Assembly: GCA_965232105.1 (NCBI GenBank)
Contig: OZ246956.1
Span: 3,781,588-3,845,587 of the forward strand
DNA: 64,000 nt
Reading direction: 5' to 3'
From: Thermoanaerobaculia bacterium
GTDB lineage: Bacteria > Acidobacteriota > Thermoanaerobaculia > Multivoradales > Multivoraceae
The notes beneath the pieces are model-generated. The model was not told the DNA's origin. It made no database searches and saw only the letters and a list, made by a program, of their open reading frames with translations. A program made the position numbers and the translations under genes. Position 1 is the stretch's first letter. Each line of letters opens with the position of its first letter. Positions 18,803-28,812 of this stretch are shown in pieces.

Positions 18803-20173
18803 TCAGCGGACCAGCCAGTCGATCATCAGGGTGGCGAGACCGAAGTACACGAGGATGCCGGTGATGTCGCTGGACGTCGTGACCATGGGGCCGCTGGCCA
18901 CCGCCGGGTCGATGCCCATCCGCTCGAAGGCCATCGGCAGCAGCGAGCCGATCAGCGAGGCGAGCATGATCGCGAGAAAGAGCGAACTCGCAACCACCGC
19001 GCTGAAGGCCGGGTTCTGTTCGAGGAACGCAGCGACCCCCGCGGCGACCGTCGAGCAGACCAGGCCCACGACGAGACCGATCCGGATCTGCTGCATCAGG
19101 AAGCGCCGCATCCGGCCGCCGCCCTCCCCGATCCTGCCGGTGGCCAGGCCGCGCACGGTCAGCGTCATCGTCTGACTGCCGATGTTGCCGCCCATGCCCA
19201 TGACCACCGGTGCGAAGGCGAGCAGGAAGACCTCGTTCAGTCTCAACTGGAACTGCTTCATCAGGACGCCGGTCAGCGTCAGGCCGATCAGATTGACGAG
19301 CAGCCAGGGCAGCCGGATGCCGGCGACGCGCCAGGACCGTTCCCGGTACAGCAGCTCGTCGTCCGACGTCCCCACCATCTTGTAGAAGTCCTCTTCCGCC
19401 TCCTCCTGCACGATGTCGATCACGTCGTCGACCGTCACGAGGCCCAGCAGCCGGCGGCGGTCGTCGACGACCGGAATGGCGAGGAAGTCGTAGCGCGACG
19501 CGAGCCGCGCCACGTCCTCCTGGTCCGTATCCGTGTGCGCGGTGACGAGACCGCGGTTCATGATCTCGCCCAGGGTGCGGCTCGGCACCGAGAGCAGGAG
19601 CTCCCGCAGCGACAGGACACCGGCCAGGCGGCCCTCCGGATCGACGACGTAGAGGTAGAAGATCATCTCGACCTCGCCGTGCTCCCGAATCTTGGCGATC
19701 GCGTCGCCGACCGGCGTGTCCTCCGGCAGGGAGAAGAACTCCGTGTTCATGATCCGCCCGGCCGTGTCCTCCTCGTAGGCGAACTGGGTCTGGAGTTCGT
19801 CCCGGTCGGGCCGGTCGAGCAGAGCCAGGACGGACTCGCGCAGCTCGTCTTCGAGCCCGTCGACGATCTCGACACTGTCGTCGACCGCCAGCGGCGCGAG
19901 CAGCCCCGCGATCTCGGACGGCGCGAGCTCCTCGAGCAACGGCCGCCGCTCACCGGGCTCCAGTTCCAGCAATACCTCGCCGGCCGAGTCCGGGTAGTCC
20001 TCGAGTGCGAGGCGGACGACGAACAACTGCTCCGTGGGTACGAGTTTCCTCAGCGCGGCGGCGACGTCTCCGGGCCGCACCTTGCTCAGTACGCGCGACA
20101 GGTTCAGCCGCGCGCCGCGGCGTGCGAGCCGCCGCATCGTGTCGCCGAGAATCTCTACCCGCTGGGTGGACAT
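18803..20173 (-). CDS. mgtE: Magnesium transporter MgtE
   Basis: N-domain, tandem CBS domains and a 5-TM C-terminus ending in the MgtE-typical pattern. 456 aa. Confidence 0.85.
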   Translation of the reverse strand: MSTQRVEILGDTMRRLARRGARLNLSRVLSKVRPGDVAAALRKLVPTEQLFVVRLALEDYPDSAGEVLLELEPGERRPLLEELAPSEIAGLLAPLAVDDSVEIVDGLEDELRESVLALLDRPDRDELQTQFAYEEDTAGRIMNTEFFSLPEDTPVGDAIAKIREHGEVEMIFYLYVVDPEGRLAGVLSLRELLLSVPSRTLGEIMNRGLVTAHTDTDQEDVARLASRYDFLAIPVVDDRRRLLGLVTVDDVIDIVQEEAEEDFYKMVGTSDDELLYRERSWRVAGIRLPWLLVNLIGLTLTGVLMKQFQLRLNEVFLLAFAPVVMGMGGNIGSQTMTLTVRGLATGRIGEGGGRMRRFLMQQIRIGLVVGLVCSTVAAGVAAFLEQNPAFSAVVASSLFLAIMLASLIGSLLPMAFERMGIDPAVASGPMVTTSSDITGILVYFGLATLMIDWLVR

Positions 20174-20386
20174 GGCGGGCTGAATGGTACCAGCCGGGCG
20201 TGGCCCGTCGGCCCGGCCTGGACCCGCTACGAGCCGCTAAGCTTCGGCGCCTCAGGCATTTGGCGAACGGCTCTTGGCCCCGGCCGGCGCCGCTATCCGG
20301 CTCGGCCTCAGCCACCGGACGACCTGCCGGGGCATCGCCGCTTGGAACGACCCGCAACGCCCGGGCTGCCCCCGCCGCTGCGGCGC

Positions 20387-20854
20387 TCAGTCGACTTCGA
20401 AAACAGCGTCGATCTCGACCGGGACGTTGAACGGCAGCTCGTTCGCGCCGACCGCGAAGCGGGCGTGCCGCCCCCTGTCGCCGAAGACCTCCACCATCAG
20501 GTCCGAGGCTCCGTTGATCACCGCCGGATGGTTGTCGAAGTCGTCGCTGCAGTTGACGAAGCCGCCGAGCTTCACGCAACGGACGACGCGTTCCAGGTCG
20601 CCATCGCAGGCTGCCGCGACGACGGCCACGATGTTCACCCCGACCAGGCGGGCGGCCTCCCGCGCCTCCTCCAGCGAGTAGTCGACACCCACCTTGCCCC
20701 GGTACGCCAACCTCCCGTCCTTCACCGGCACCTGGCCGGAAACGAAGACGAGCGACCCGGTGCGCACGAAAGGCACGTAGTTCGCGGCGGGCGCCGCGGG
20801 TTCGGGGAGTTCCAGGCCGAGCGCTTCGAGACGCTCCTTGACTGTCTTCGTCAT
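20387..20854 (-). CDS. RidA/YjgF family reactive-intermediate deaminase
   Basis: ~155 aa. YjgF-like pattern (GSLVFVSGQVP...; GVNIVAVVAAAC). Confidence 0.7.
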   Translation of the reverse strand: MTKTVKERLEALGLELPEPAAPAANYVPFVRTGSLVFVSGQVPVKDGRLAYRGKVGVDYSLEEAREAARLVGVNIVAVVAAACDGDLERVVRCVKLGGFVNCSDDFDNHPAVINGASDLMVEVFGDRGRHARFAVGANELPFNVPVEIDAVFEVD

Positions 20855-20870
20855 CGAAACAGGCTCCTGC

Positions 20871-21791
20871 CTACGAGTAGGCGGCGAACAGCTCCTCGAA
20901 CGCCTTGATCTGGTTGCCGGCCGCCGACGACGGCACCAGGATCGGCGTGCCGATACCGGCGTCGAACCAGCGCTCGACCCCCTCGCGCACCTCCGCCGCG
21001 GTGCCGAACAGCGTGCAATCGGCCAGCCAGCGATCCGAGAGGAGGGCCGGAATGCGGTCCATCTCGCCCTGCTCGACGGCCTGCTCCACCGCCTCCATCT
21101 CCTCGACGTAGCCGGCTGCCTTCCAGTAGTTGCGGTAGTTCGGCAGCAGGACGTAGCGGGACAGCGTCTTCCGGTTGCGCGCCGCCGCCAGGTCGCGGTC
21201 GTCGGAGATGACCGTCGGGATCATGTTGCCGACGAAGAAGTCGGGATCGGCGACCCTTCCCCCCGTTGCCGCCAGGGAATGCGCCATGTGGGAGCGGGCG
21301 CCATTCGCGAACACCATGCCGTCGCCGATCTCCGCGGCGGTGGCGATCATCCGGTCGCGCAGCGTGGCGAGAACGATCGGCGGCAGTTCGCCGGCGCCAC
21401 GCACCGCCTTCAGTTCGTCGACGAAGGCGCGGATGTCGCCCAGCGGCTTGCCGACGGTGACGCCCAGGCGCTTGTGAGCCGGCGCGTGCCCGACGCCGAC
21501 GCCGAACCGGAAGCGGCCCCGGGACACCTCGTGGATGAAGGACGCCGTGTGGGCGAACTCCGTCACGTGGCGGGTGTAGATGTTCACGATCGAGGTGCCG
21601 AAGTGGATGCGCTCGGTGCGCAGCGCGATCGCCTCGCAGAGCGCCAGACCGTCGCCCATGCTCGGACAGTAGATGCCGCTGAAGCCGCGGCCTTCGGTCT
21701 CCGCCGCCAGGTCGAGGGTCATCCGGCGGCGGCCGGCCACGGCGGCCAGCGAAATCGCAGGGGCGCGTTCGCTTGAGGGTGTCGTCGTCAT
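20871..21791 (-). CDS. LLM-class (luciferase-like) flavin/F420-dependent oxidoreductase
   Basis: 306 aa TIM-barrel LLM pattern. F420 dependence is an inference from the F420 operon downstream. Confidence 0.7.
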   Translation of the reverse strand: MTTTPSSERAPAISLAAVAGRRRMTLDLAAETEGRGFSGIYCPSMGDGLALCEAIALRTERIHFGTSIVNIYTRHVTEFAHTASFIHEVSRGRFRFGVGVGHAPAHKRLGVTVGKPLGDIRAFVDELKAVRGAGELPPIVLATLRDRMIATAAEIGDGMVFANGARSHMAHSLAATGGRVADPDFFVGNMIPTVISDDRDLAAARNRKTLSRYVLLPNYRNYWKAAGYVEEMEAVEQAVEQGEMDRIPALLSDRWLADCTLFGTAAEVREGVERWFDAGIGTPILVPSSAAGNQIKAFEELFAAYS

Positions 21792-21865
21792 GGCCGCGGC
21801 AGGGTATCAGCGTCCCGGAACGAACAGGGAGTCCGTCGCAGCGTGCGGCTACGCTACGGGCCGCG

Positions 21866-23125
21866 ATGGAGAAACTCGCTCCCGAACAAGTCGGCGCGCT
21901 GCTCCGCCCCGGCATGAAGGTGGCCGTTCTGGGCGGCTGCAACGAACCTCGCGGCATTGCCGCCGCCCTGCACGCTCAGCCGGAAGCGACCGCCGGCGTG
22001 GAGTTCACGGTCACCCGCATCCCCGGCATCGCCTCACCAACGCTCGCACCCTGGGCCGGCTCGACGGTGCGGAGCTTCTTCGTCACGCCCGAGATGCGCG
22101 CCGGCTTCGAGGCCGGCTCGGTCCGTTTCGCGCCGATGCAGTACCGGCACGTCTGGGACGATCTCGTCGCGGCGCCCTTCGATCTGGCGATCGCGCAGTT
22201 CACGCCGCCGGACGAGAGCGGAGACTGTTCACTCGGCATCGGCGCCGGGTTTCTGCCGGCCCTGCTGAAGCGCTCGGAGATCCCCTTCGTCGCGGAGTGG
22301 AACCGCGCGCTGCCCCGGCTGCCGGGCGCACCGACGGTCAACGCCGACCGTTTCGACTACGTGGTCGAGACCGACATCGCACCGCCCACCCTTGCCAGCC
22401 GGAGCGGCCCCGTCGCCGAGCGCATCGGCGGCCTGGTCGCGGGCCTCGTTCGCGACGGCGACTGCATCGAAACCGGCGTCGGAGCGATCCCGGGCGCGGT
22501 GCTGGCCGCGCTCCACGGTCACCGCGACCTCGGCTTTCACTCGGGCCTGCTGTCGGACGGCGTGATGGACCTCGTGGAAGCCGGCGCCGTCACGGGCGCC
22601 CGAAAGACGCTCGACAAGGGACGTCTGGTCGCCGCCATGGTCCTCGGATCGCCGGCGCTGTACGACTGGGCGAGCCGCTGCGACCTGATCGACCTTCGTA
22701 CCGTCGACTACACCCACGACGTGCGGGTCATCGCAGCGCTCGGCAACTTCGTCGCGCTGAACTCCGCGGTCGAAGTGGACCTGTTCGGCCAGGTCAACTC
22801 GGAAATCGTCCGCGGACGCCAGATCAGCGGCACGGGCGGCGCTGTCGACTTCATGCGCGGCGCACGGATGTCACCCGGCGGGCGGTCGATCGTCGCCTTC
22901 GAGGCGACCGCCGGCGGAGACCGCTTCTCCCGCATCGTCCCGGCGCTGCCGCCCGAGCACGCCGCCACAGCGCTCCGCACCGACGCGGACGTCTTTGTCA
23001 CAGAGTACGGCGTCGCCGAGGTGCGCGGACTCGACACCCTCGAGCGGGCCCGCCGGCTCATCGCGATTGCGGCGCCGCAGTTCCGTGAAGAGTTGGAGAA
23101 GGAGGCAACGGCGCAGTTCCTCTAG
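21866..23125 (+). CDS. Acetyl-CoA hydrolase/transferase family protein (4-hydroxybutyrate CoA-transferase-like)
   Basis: ~419 aa. Family-typical N-terminus after ATG 21866 and Gly-rich CoA-binding segments. Divergent from the LLM gene. Confidence 0.7.
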   Translation: MEKLAPEQVGALLRPGMKVAVLGGCNEPRGIAAALHAQPEATAGVEFTVTRIPGIASPTLAPWAGSTVRSFFVTPEMRAGFEAGSVRFAPMQYRHVWDDLVAAPFDLAIAQFTPPDESGDCSLGIGAGFLPALLKRSEIPFVAEWNRALPRLPGAPTVNADRFDYVVETDIAPPTLASRSGPVAERIGGLVAGLVRDGDCIETGVGAIPGAVLAALHGHRDLGFHSGLLSDGVMDLVEAGAVTGARKTLDKGRLVAAMVLGSPALYDWASRCDLIDLRTVDYTHDVRVIAALGNFVALNSAVEVDLFGQVNSEIVRGRQISGTGGAVDFMRGARMSPGGRSIVAFEATAGGDRFSRIVPALPPEHAATALRTDADVFVTEYGVAEVRGLDTLERARRLIAIAAPQFREELEKEATAQFL

Positions 23126-23189
23126 CTCTCAGAGGCCCTCAGGCGCAGTCTTGCATCGGCGAACCGGTGTCCCAGACGGATCCGACACG

Positions 23190-23216
23190 TGTAGCTCTCG
23201 TGCTATACATGTAGCC
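23190..23216 (+). promoter_or_regulatory. Candidate vapBC operator: 8-bp perfect palindrome TACATGTA (23206-23213) plus a TGTAGC direct repeat spaced 20 bp, immediately upstream of the vapB ATG.
   Basis: Read directly. Type II TA operons are typically autoregulated through palindromes overlapping their promoter. Confidence 0.35.
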
Positions 23217-23471
23217 ATGGCTCTCAACATCAGGAACGCAGAAGCAGAGCGCCTGGCCACCGAACTGGTGCGCCTGACGGGGCAAACCAAGACCGACGCA
23301 GTCACGGAGGCCCTTCGTGAGCATCTGGAACGGCGTCGCCGAGAACAGTCCGGTCGAACGCTGGCAGGCGAACTCAACGAGATCGGTCTTCGGTGCGCGA
23401 AGCTGCCGGTACGAGACGGGCGGTCCGCAGACGAGATCCTCGGGTACGACGAGAACGGCCTTCCCCGCTGA
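23217..23471 (+). CDS. vapB: Type II antitoxin VapB (FitA/ribbon-helix-helix-like)
   Basis: MALNIRNAEAERLATEL..., 84 aa. Stop overlaps the vapC ATG by 1 nt (TGATG). Confidence 0.65.
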   Translation: MALNIRNAEAERLATELVRLTGQTKTDAVTEALREHLERRRREQSGRTLAGELNEIGLRCAKLPVRDGRSADEILGYDENGLPR

Positions 23472-23872
23472 TGGTCATCGATACGTCGGCGCTGATTGCG
23501 ATTCTGCAGGACGAACCGGAACGCGTCTCATTCAGCGAGGAGATCGCGGCTGCGGCCGTGTGCCGGACATCGGCGGCCACTTTCTTCGAGGCGTCGATGG
23601 TCCTCGAAGCGCGTCACGGGGCCGAAGGCGTTCGGTTGCTCGACCTGTTGCTCGAATCGGCGAGCGTTGAGGTGGTTGCCGTCGACTTCACTCAGGCCAG
23701 GATCGCGCGCCAGGCGTTCGCCAACTTCGGGAAAGGGCGGCACCCGGCCCGACTCAACTACGGCGACTGCTTTTCCTATGCACTCTCCCGTCATCTCGGG
23801 GAGCCGCTGCTCTGCAAGGGCAACGACTTCTCGCGGACGGATCTCCCGCTGGTCCCGACCCCAGGCCGCTGA
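23471..23872 (+). CDS. vapC: PIN-domain toxin VapC
   Basis: MVIDTSALIAILQDEPE... carries the first catalytic Asp. 133 aa. Confidence 0.8.
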   Translation: MVIDTSALIAILQDEPERVSFSEEIAAAAVCRTSAATFFEASMVLEARHGAEGVRLLDLLLESASVEVVAVDFTQARIARQAFANFGKGRHPARLNYGDCFSYALSRHLGEPLLCKGNDFSRTDLPLVPTPGR

Positions 23873-23905
23873 GAGCGGCAAGTGACGCCTCGGCTTGGGG
23901 CGTCC

Positions 23906-24517
23906 CTACGCCTTGGCGCTCGGCCGCGCCGACACGGCCTGGTGCCAGCGCAGCAGGTTCGGCGTCTCCTCGGTGACCTTGAACTTGGTCACCCGGCCGA
24001 AGTCGATCCCGATCTGGGCGGTGATGTCGGCGATCGAGTACTCGTCGCCCGCGACGAACTCGCGGTCCGCGAGTTCCTTGTCCAGCCACTCCAGACGCTT
24101 CGACGCCTGGCTGCGCTGGCCTTCCCCGTAGTCCGGGTACTGCTCGATGCGATCGGCGAAGTAGGGGTGGGTGTTGCGGAAGACCTGCATGATCGGCAGC
24201 GCGATCTCGAGCTCCATCCGCCGCTGCCACATCTCGATTCGGGCCGCCTGCTCCGGGTCGTTGCCGCCCATCAGGGCCGGTTCGGGCTGCGATTGCTCGA
24301 AGTAGCGGCAGATGGCGACCGACTCGGCGATGAACGTACCGTCGTCGAGCTCGAGCACCGGGACGCGGCCCATCGGGTTCTTCTTGCGGAAGGGCGCCTG
24401 CCTGTTCTCGGCGCTGCCCAGGTCGACCGGCACGATGGGAACCTCGATGCCCTTCTCGGCCAGGAAGATGCGGACGCGGCGGCAGTTGGGGGCGGTGGCG
24501 GCTTCGTGTAGCTTCAT
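23906..24517 (-). CDS. Glutathione S-transferase
   Basis: N-terminal thioredoxin-like GST domain (NCRRVRIFLAEKGIEVPIV...; PVLELDDGTFIAESVAICRY). 203 aa. Confidence 0.85.
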   Translation of the reverse strand: MKLHEAATAPNCRRVRIFLAEKGIEVPIVPVDLGSAENRQAPFRKKNPMGRVPVLELDDGTFIAESVAICRYFEQSQPEPALMGGNDPEQAARIEMWQRRMELEIALPIMQVFRNTHPYFADRIEQYPDYGEGQRSQASKRLEWLDKELADREFVAGDEYSIADITAQIGIDFGRVTKFKVTEETPNLLRWHQAVSARPSAKA

Positions 24518-24623
24518 GGCTCAGGACATCTCCTGGAGGTCGGCTGCTGATGGTCAAGGCTTGGAAAACGACGGGCGCGCAGTGTAACCGCATCCGGCGC
24601 GCGAATCACCGGGAGCCCCGCCG

Positions 24624-25421
24624 ATGATCGAGCTCATCGCCCAGCCCTCGTTCTGGGCCGCGCTCTTCTCCGTCACGCTGATCCAGATCGCGCTCGGCGC
24701 GGACAACCTGATCATCATCACGATCATCGCCAACAAGCTCCCCGAGACTCGGCGCAAGCAGGCGATCCAGCTCGGCCTGGTGCTGGCGATGACGCTCCGC
24801 ATCGTGCTGCTCCTGATCCTGAGCCTGGTGCTCGGGGCCGCGACGGCCGAACTCTGGACCTTCGACGGAGCGTTCCTCGGCGTCGAGATGGCCGGCAGCG
24901 TCGACGGCAAGTCGCTGGTGCTCGTGATCGGCGGACTGTTCCTGATCTGGAAGGGCGTCAAGGAGCTGCGCATCAAGCTGAAGGCGGTCGAGCACGAGGT
25001 CGCGAAGGCAAGCCGCTTCGCCGAGGTCGTCACCCTGATCGTGGGCATGAACCTGATCTTCTCCGTCGACTCGATCCTGACCGTCGTCGGCATGACGGAC
25101 ATCTTCGCGGTCATGGTCGGCTCGGTGCTCATCTCGGTCGCGCTGATGCTGGTCTTCGCCGGTCCGATCTCGCGCTTCCTCAGCTCCAACCCCGAGTTCG
25201 AGATCCTCGGCCTGTTCGTTCTCCTTCTGATCGGCTTCGTGCTGATCCTGGAAGGCGGCCACAGCGCCCACCTGACCGTGAACGGCTCCCCCACCCCGTA
25301 CATCCCGCAGTGGATCGTCATCTTCATCCTGCTGCTGATGTTCGCGCTCGACCTCTACCAGAACTGGTGGGAGCGAAAGCAGGAGGTCGACGCGGTGGCG
25401 CTCCACCGGCGACGAAAGTAG
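24624..25421 (+). CDS. TerC family integral membrane protein
   Basis: 265 aa, ~7 TM. Residues consistent with the TerC family. Confidence 0.75.
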   Translation: MIELIAQPSFWAALFSVTLIQIALGADNLIIITIIANKLPETRRKQAIQLGLVLAMTLRIVLLLILSLVLGAATAELWTFDGAFLGVEMAGSVDGKSLVLVIGGLFLIWKGVKELRIKLKAVEHEVAKASRFAEVVTLIVGMNLIFSVDSILTVVGMTDIFAVMVGSVLISVALMLVFAGPISRFLSSNPEFEILGLFVLLLIGFVLILEGGHSAHLTVNGSPTPYIPQWIVIFILLLMFALDLYQNWWERKQEVDAVALHRRRK

Positions 25422-25430
25422 AGCGTGCTG

Positions 25431-25817
25431 CTAGACCTTGCGGATCGGTCCGGGGTAGCGGGCCACAACCTTGTCGGCTGTAAGCAGCGTCAGGCCCTCC
25501 ACCTGAGCCTGCGCGACAAGCAGGCGGTCGAACGGATCACGGTGGATCGGTGGCAGCAGATCCACTGCCGCCGCATGAACGCCGGTCACCGGCAGTTCCG
25601 TGTAGCCGACCTCGAGCAGACCCCGGCGAAGCACCCGGGGGTCCAGCGGAAAGTCCCGGCGCCGCAGCCCGTGCTTGATCGCGACCTCCCAGATCGATGC
25701 CGCGCTGAAGATGAGCTCCGACTCCGGTTCCTGGAGCAACCGCCGCACCTCAAGCGGCAGCACGGGCGAGTCGACGGCCGACCAAACCAGGAGGTGGGTA
25801 TCGAGGAGCAACGTCAC
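25431..25817 (-). CDS. vapC: PIN-domain toxin VapC
   Basis: MTLLLDTHLLVW... with conserved Asp. 128 aa. 4-nt overlap with the upstream antitoxin. Confidence 0.8.
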   Translation of the reverse strand: MTLLLDTHLLVWSAVDSPVLPLEVRRLLQEPESELIFSAASIWEVAIKHGLRRRDFPLDPRVLRRGLLEVGYTELPVTGVHAAAVDLLPPIHRDPFDRLLVAQAQVEGLTLLTADKVVARYPGPIRKV

Positions 25818-26056
25818 TCGTCGCCGTGGAAGAGCTTCTCGATCTCCTCCGCCGCCATCCGATCGAAGTCATCCGGGATCGCCATCTCGCCCTTGATGAA
25901 GCCGATCCGGCTCTTGCGAAGCCCCGGTCGGTCCACCGGGACGACCTTGGCCACCGGCTTTCCGGCACGCGCGATGATGAAGGGATCTCCGTCGACGACT
26001 TCGCGCAAGAGGCGGGAGAGATGAGTCTTTGCTTGATGGATGTTGACGACTCGCAT
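25814..26056 (-). CDS. Phd/YefM-family antitoxin
   Basis: MRVVNIHQAKTHLSRLLREVVDGDPFIIARAGKPVAKVVPVD matches the Phd/YefM pattern. 80 aa. Confidence 0.7.
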   Translation of the reverse strand: MRVVNIHQAKTHLSRLLREVVDGDPFIIARAGKPVAKVVPVDRPGLRKSRIGFIKGEMAIPDDFDRMAAEEIEKLFHGDE

Positions 26057-26244
26057 CGTGAGGCTCCACGGAGTGGACTAACTCCGATTAGTTTACACCA
26101 GAGAACTCCGCTCACATGGCCGGCGCAGCTACCTGCGGCGAAGTTGACGAGTCGACACTCCGAGGCGGTGTACGATCGCCGCCCTCGCGTCCTGGCCCGA
26201 TGCTGCGAGGACGAAGAGTGCCACCGAAAGCCACTGGAACCGCC

Positions 26245-26949
26245 ATGTCAGACCATCAACCAGTCCACAACTCACTGCCCACTCTCGCCATGCTCGGCGC
26301 CACCGGCGACCTCGGCGGCGGCCTCGCCCGGCGCTGGGCGGCGGCCGGCTACTCGATCGTCATCGGCTCGCGCTCACGGGAAAAGGGCGCCGGCTCGGCC
26401 GAGGACGTGAACGAGCAGCTTCGCGCCCAGGGCCTGGCCCCCTCGGTCCGCGGCACGGACAACCTGAGCGCCGCCGAGGAAGGCGACCTCGTCGTGCTGA
26501 CCGTGCCCTACGCCTTCCAGCGCGGCACGCTGGAGGCCGTGCGCGACGCGCTTCAGGGCAAGATCCTGGTCGACTGCACCGTGCCGCTCGTCCCGCCGAA
26601 GGTCGCGCGGGTCCAGCTTCCCGACGAGGGCTGCGCCGCGGTCATCGCCCAGCAGGCCGTCGGCCCGGACGTGCGGGTCGTCTCCGCCTTCCAGAACGTC
26701 GGCGCCGCCCATCTGCGCGAGGACGACGCAGTGGACTGCGACGTACTGGTAACCGGTGACGACCCGGCGGCACGCGCCGAGGTCATCGAGCTGATCGAGG
26801 CGCTCGGGATGCGAGGCTGGCACGCCGGGCCGCTCGATAACGCCGCCGCGGCCGAGGCCCTGACATCGATCCTCATCCAGTTGAACCGGAAGTACGGCAT
26901 TGCCGGCGCGGGGATCCGGATCACCGGCGAGGTGACCCGGCAGGCCTGA
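26245..26949 (+). CDS. npdG: F420-dependent NADP oxidoreductase Fno/NpdG
   Basis: LAMLGATGDLGGGLARRWAAAGYSIVIGSRS matches the NpdG N-terminus (IAxLGGTGDxG...GSR). Start chosen at ATG 26245. Confidence 0.8.
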   Translation: MSDHQPVHNSLPTLAMLGATGDLGGGLARRWAAAGYSIVIGSRSREKGAGSAEDVNEQLRAQGLAPSVRGTDNLSAAEEGDLVVLTVPYAFQRGTLEAVRDALQGKILVDCTVPLVPPKVARVQLPDEGCAAVIAQQAVGPDVRVVSAFQNVGAAHLREDDAVDCDVLVTGDDPAARAEVIELIEALGMRGWHAGPLDNAAAAEALTSILIQLNRKYGIAGAGIRITGEVTRQA

Positions 26950-27073
26950 GGTCGTCCGCCTCGGCATCGTCAGGTGCGACCCGCTTACCGGCCGGCTATC
27001 CGCACGGTGCGGCGGCGACCGTCGCCGCGTGGCGGGTAGCCTTCCGTCTCCAAAGCTTCCTTCCCGCTCGATA

Positions 27074-27835
27074 ATGCTGAATCTCAAGTCGGTACCCGGC
27101 CTGCCCGACATCCAACCGGGCGACGATCTGGCCTCCCTGATCGCGGAAGCGATGCGTCAGGCGCGCCTGAAGTTGCGCGCCGGCGATGTACTCGTCGTCG
27201 CGCAGAAGATCGTCTCCAAAGCGGAGGGCCGAATCGTCGAACTGGCGACTGTCGAACCCCGTGCGGAAGCCGTGCGGCTGGCGGCGGAGTGCGACAAGGA
27301 TCCGCGGCTGGTCGAACTCGTGCTCCGGGAATCGACCGAAGTGCTCCGCACCGTGCCGGGAGTCATCATCGTCGAGCATCGGCTCGGTCTCGTGCTGGCG
27401 AACGCGGGGATCGACCAGTCGAACCTGCGGCCCGGCGACGACCACGGCTACGCCCTGCTCCTGCCGGAGGATCCGGACGCGTCGGCGGCGGCCCTGCGTG
27501 AAGCGCTCGCGGCCCGTTTCGGAATCGAGGACGTCGGCGTGATCATCAACGACAGCGTCGGCCGGGCCTGGCGTCTCGGCACCGTCGGGCTGGCGATCGG
27601 CGTCGCCGGCATGACCGCCCTGTGGGACCTGCGCGGCGACCGCGACCTGTTCGGTCGCGAACTCATGGTGTCTGAGACCGGCATCGCCGACCAGGTGGCG
27701 AGCGCCGCCCAGATCGTCCAGGGCGAGGGCAGCGAAGGAGCGCCCGTGGTCCGCGTCCGCGGTTTGAAGAAACTCGGGCCGGCCCAGACCGCCCGGGGCC
27801 TGCTGCGGCCCCGCAACCAGGACCTGTTCCGATGA
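27074..27835 (+). CDS. cofE: Coenzyme F420-0:L-glutamate ligase CofE (single-domain, no FbiB C-terminal nitroreductase-like domain)
   Basis: CofE-typical N-terminus (VPGLPDIQPGDDLASLIAE...). Only ~253 aa, and the next gene starts immediately, so no C-terminal extension exists. Confidence 0.75.
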   Translation: MLNLKSVPGLPDIQPGDDLASLIAEAMRQARLKLRAGDVLVVAQKIVSKAEGRIVELATVEPRAEAVRLAAECDKDPRLVELVLRESTEVLRTVPGVIIVEHRLGLVLANAGIDQSNLRPGDDHGYALLLPEDPDASAAALREALAARFGIEDVGVIINDSVGRAWRLGTVGLAIGVAGMTALWDLRGDRDLFGRELMVSETGIADQVASAAQIVQGEGSEGAPVVRVRGLKKLGPAQTARGLLRPRNQDLFR

Positions 27836-28812
27836 GCGAAGCCGCGGGCCGCTGTCTCGCGCTGTCCGGCGGTGTCGGCGGCGCCAAGCTGGCACTCGGG
27901 CTGTCTCGGGTGCTGCCGCCTGAAGCACTGACGATCGTCTGCAACACGGCGGACGACTTCGATCATCTCGGGCTCCGCGTCTGCCCCGATCTCGACACGG
28001 TGATGTACACGCTGGCCGGTGTCTCCAACCGCGTCACCGGATGGGGTCAGGCGCACGAAACGTGGTCCTTCCTCGAGGCGCTTTCCCAACTCGGCGGCGA
28101 GACCTGGTTCCGGCTCGGCGACCGGGATCTGGCGACGCACGTCGAGCGCACGCGGAGGCTCCGGAAGGGCGAGAGCCTGACCACGGTGACGGACGCGCTG
28201 TGCCGGGCACTCGGCGTCGAAGCGACCGTGCTGCCGATGAGCGACGACCCGGTGCGCACCGTCGTCGGCACGTCCGGCGGTGAACTGAGCTTCCAGCACT
28301 ACTTCGTGCGCGACCAGTGCGCCCCGGCGGTGACGGGCTTCCGGTTCGAGGGCGTCGATGCCGCGCGGCCGGCGCCGGACTTCCTCGCCGCCCTGGAAGA
28401 CGACGCGACGGCGGCGATCGTCGTCTGCCCCTCGAACCCGTTCGTCAGCGTGGATCCCGTGCTCGCCCTACCGGGAGTCGAGGCGGCGCTGCGGAGCACG
28501 CGGGCGCCCGTCATCGCGGTTTCCCCCATCGTCGGCGGCCAGGCCATCAAGGGTCCGGCGGCCAAGATGATGGTGGAACTGCAGATGCCCGTGACAGCCG
28601 CGGCCGTGGCCCGCCACTACCGGGAGCGCCACCTCCTCGATGGCTTCGTCGTCGACCATGCGGACGCCGGCGAAGCGGCGGAGATCGAGCGGGAGGGCCT
28701 GCCGACCCTGGTCACCGGCACGGTGATGGAGAGCCTGGCCGACCGGGAGCGTCTGGCGCGCGCGGTGCTCGACTTCGCTCGTAGCATCGCCGTACCGGAT
28801 CGCCGAACGTGA
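27832..28812 (+). CDS. cofD: 2-phospho-L-lactate transferase CofD
   Basis: LSGGVGGAKLALGL CofD signature. 326 aa. ATGA overlap with cofE. Confidence 0.85.
   Translation: MSEAAGRCLALSGGVGGAKLALGLSRVLPPEALTIVCNTADDFDHLGLRVCPDLDTVMYTLAGVSNRVTGWGQAHETWSFLEALSQLGGETWFRLGDRDLATHVERTRRLRKGESLTTVTDALCRALGVEATVLPMSDDPVRTVVGTSGGELSFQHYFVRDQCAPAVTGFRFEGVDAARPAPDFLAALEDDATAAIVVCPSNPFVSVDPVLALPGVEAALRSTRAPVIAVSPIVGGQAIKGPAAKMMVELQMPVTAAAVARHYRERHLLDGFVVDHADAGEAAEIEREGLPTLVTGTVMESLADRERLARAVLDFARSIAVPDRRT

Noticed and set aside
20174-20386. 213-nt leader between ridA and mgtE as a possible Mg2+ (M-box) riboswitch
   Set aside because: No M-box-like conserved segments were recognisable by eye. This could simply be a promoter region.
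24518-24623. Possible yybP-ykoY (Mn2+) riboswitch upstream of the TerC-family gene
   Set aside because: TerC genes are often controlled by this riboswitch, but I could not find the conserved GGGGAGUAG-type core or the expected paired elements in the 106-nt leader.
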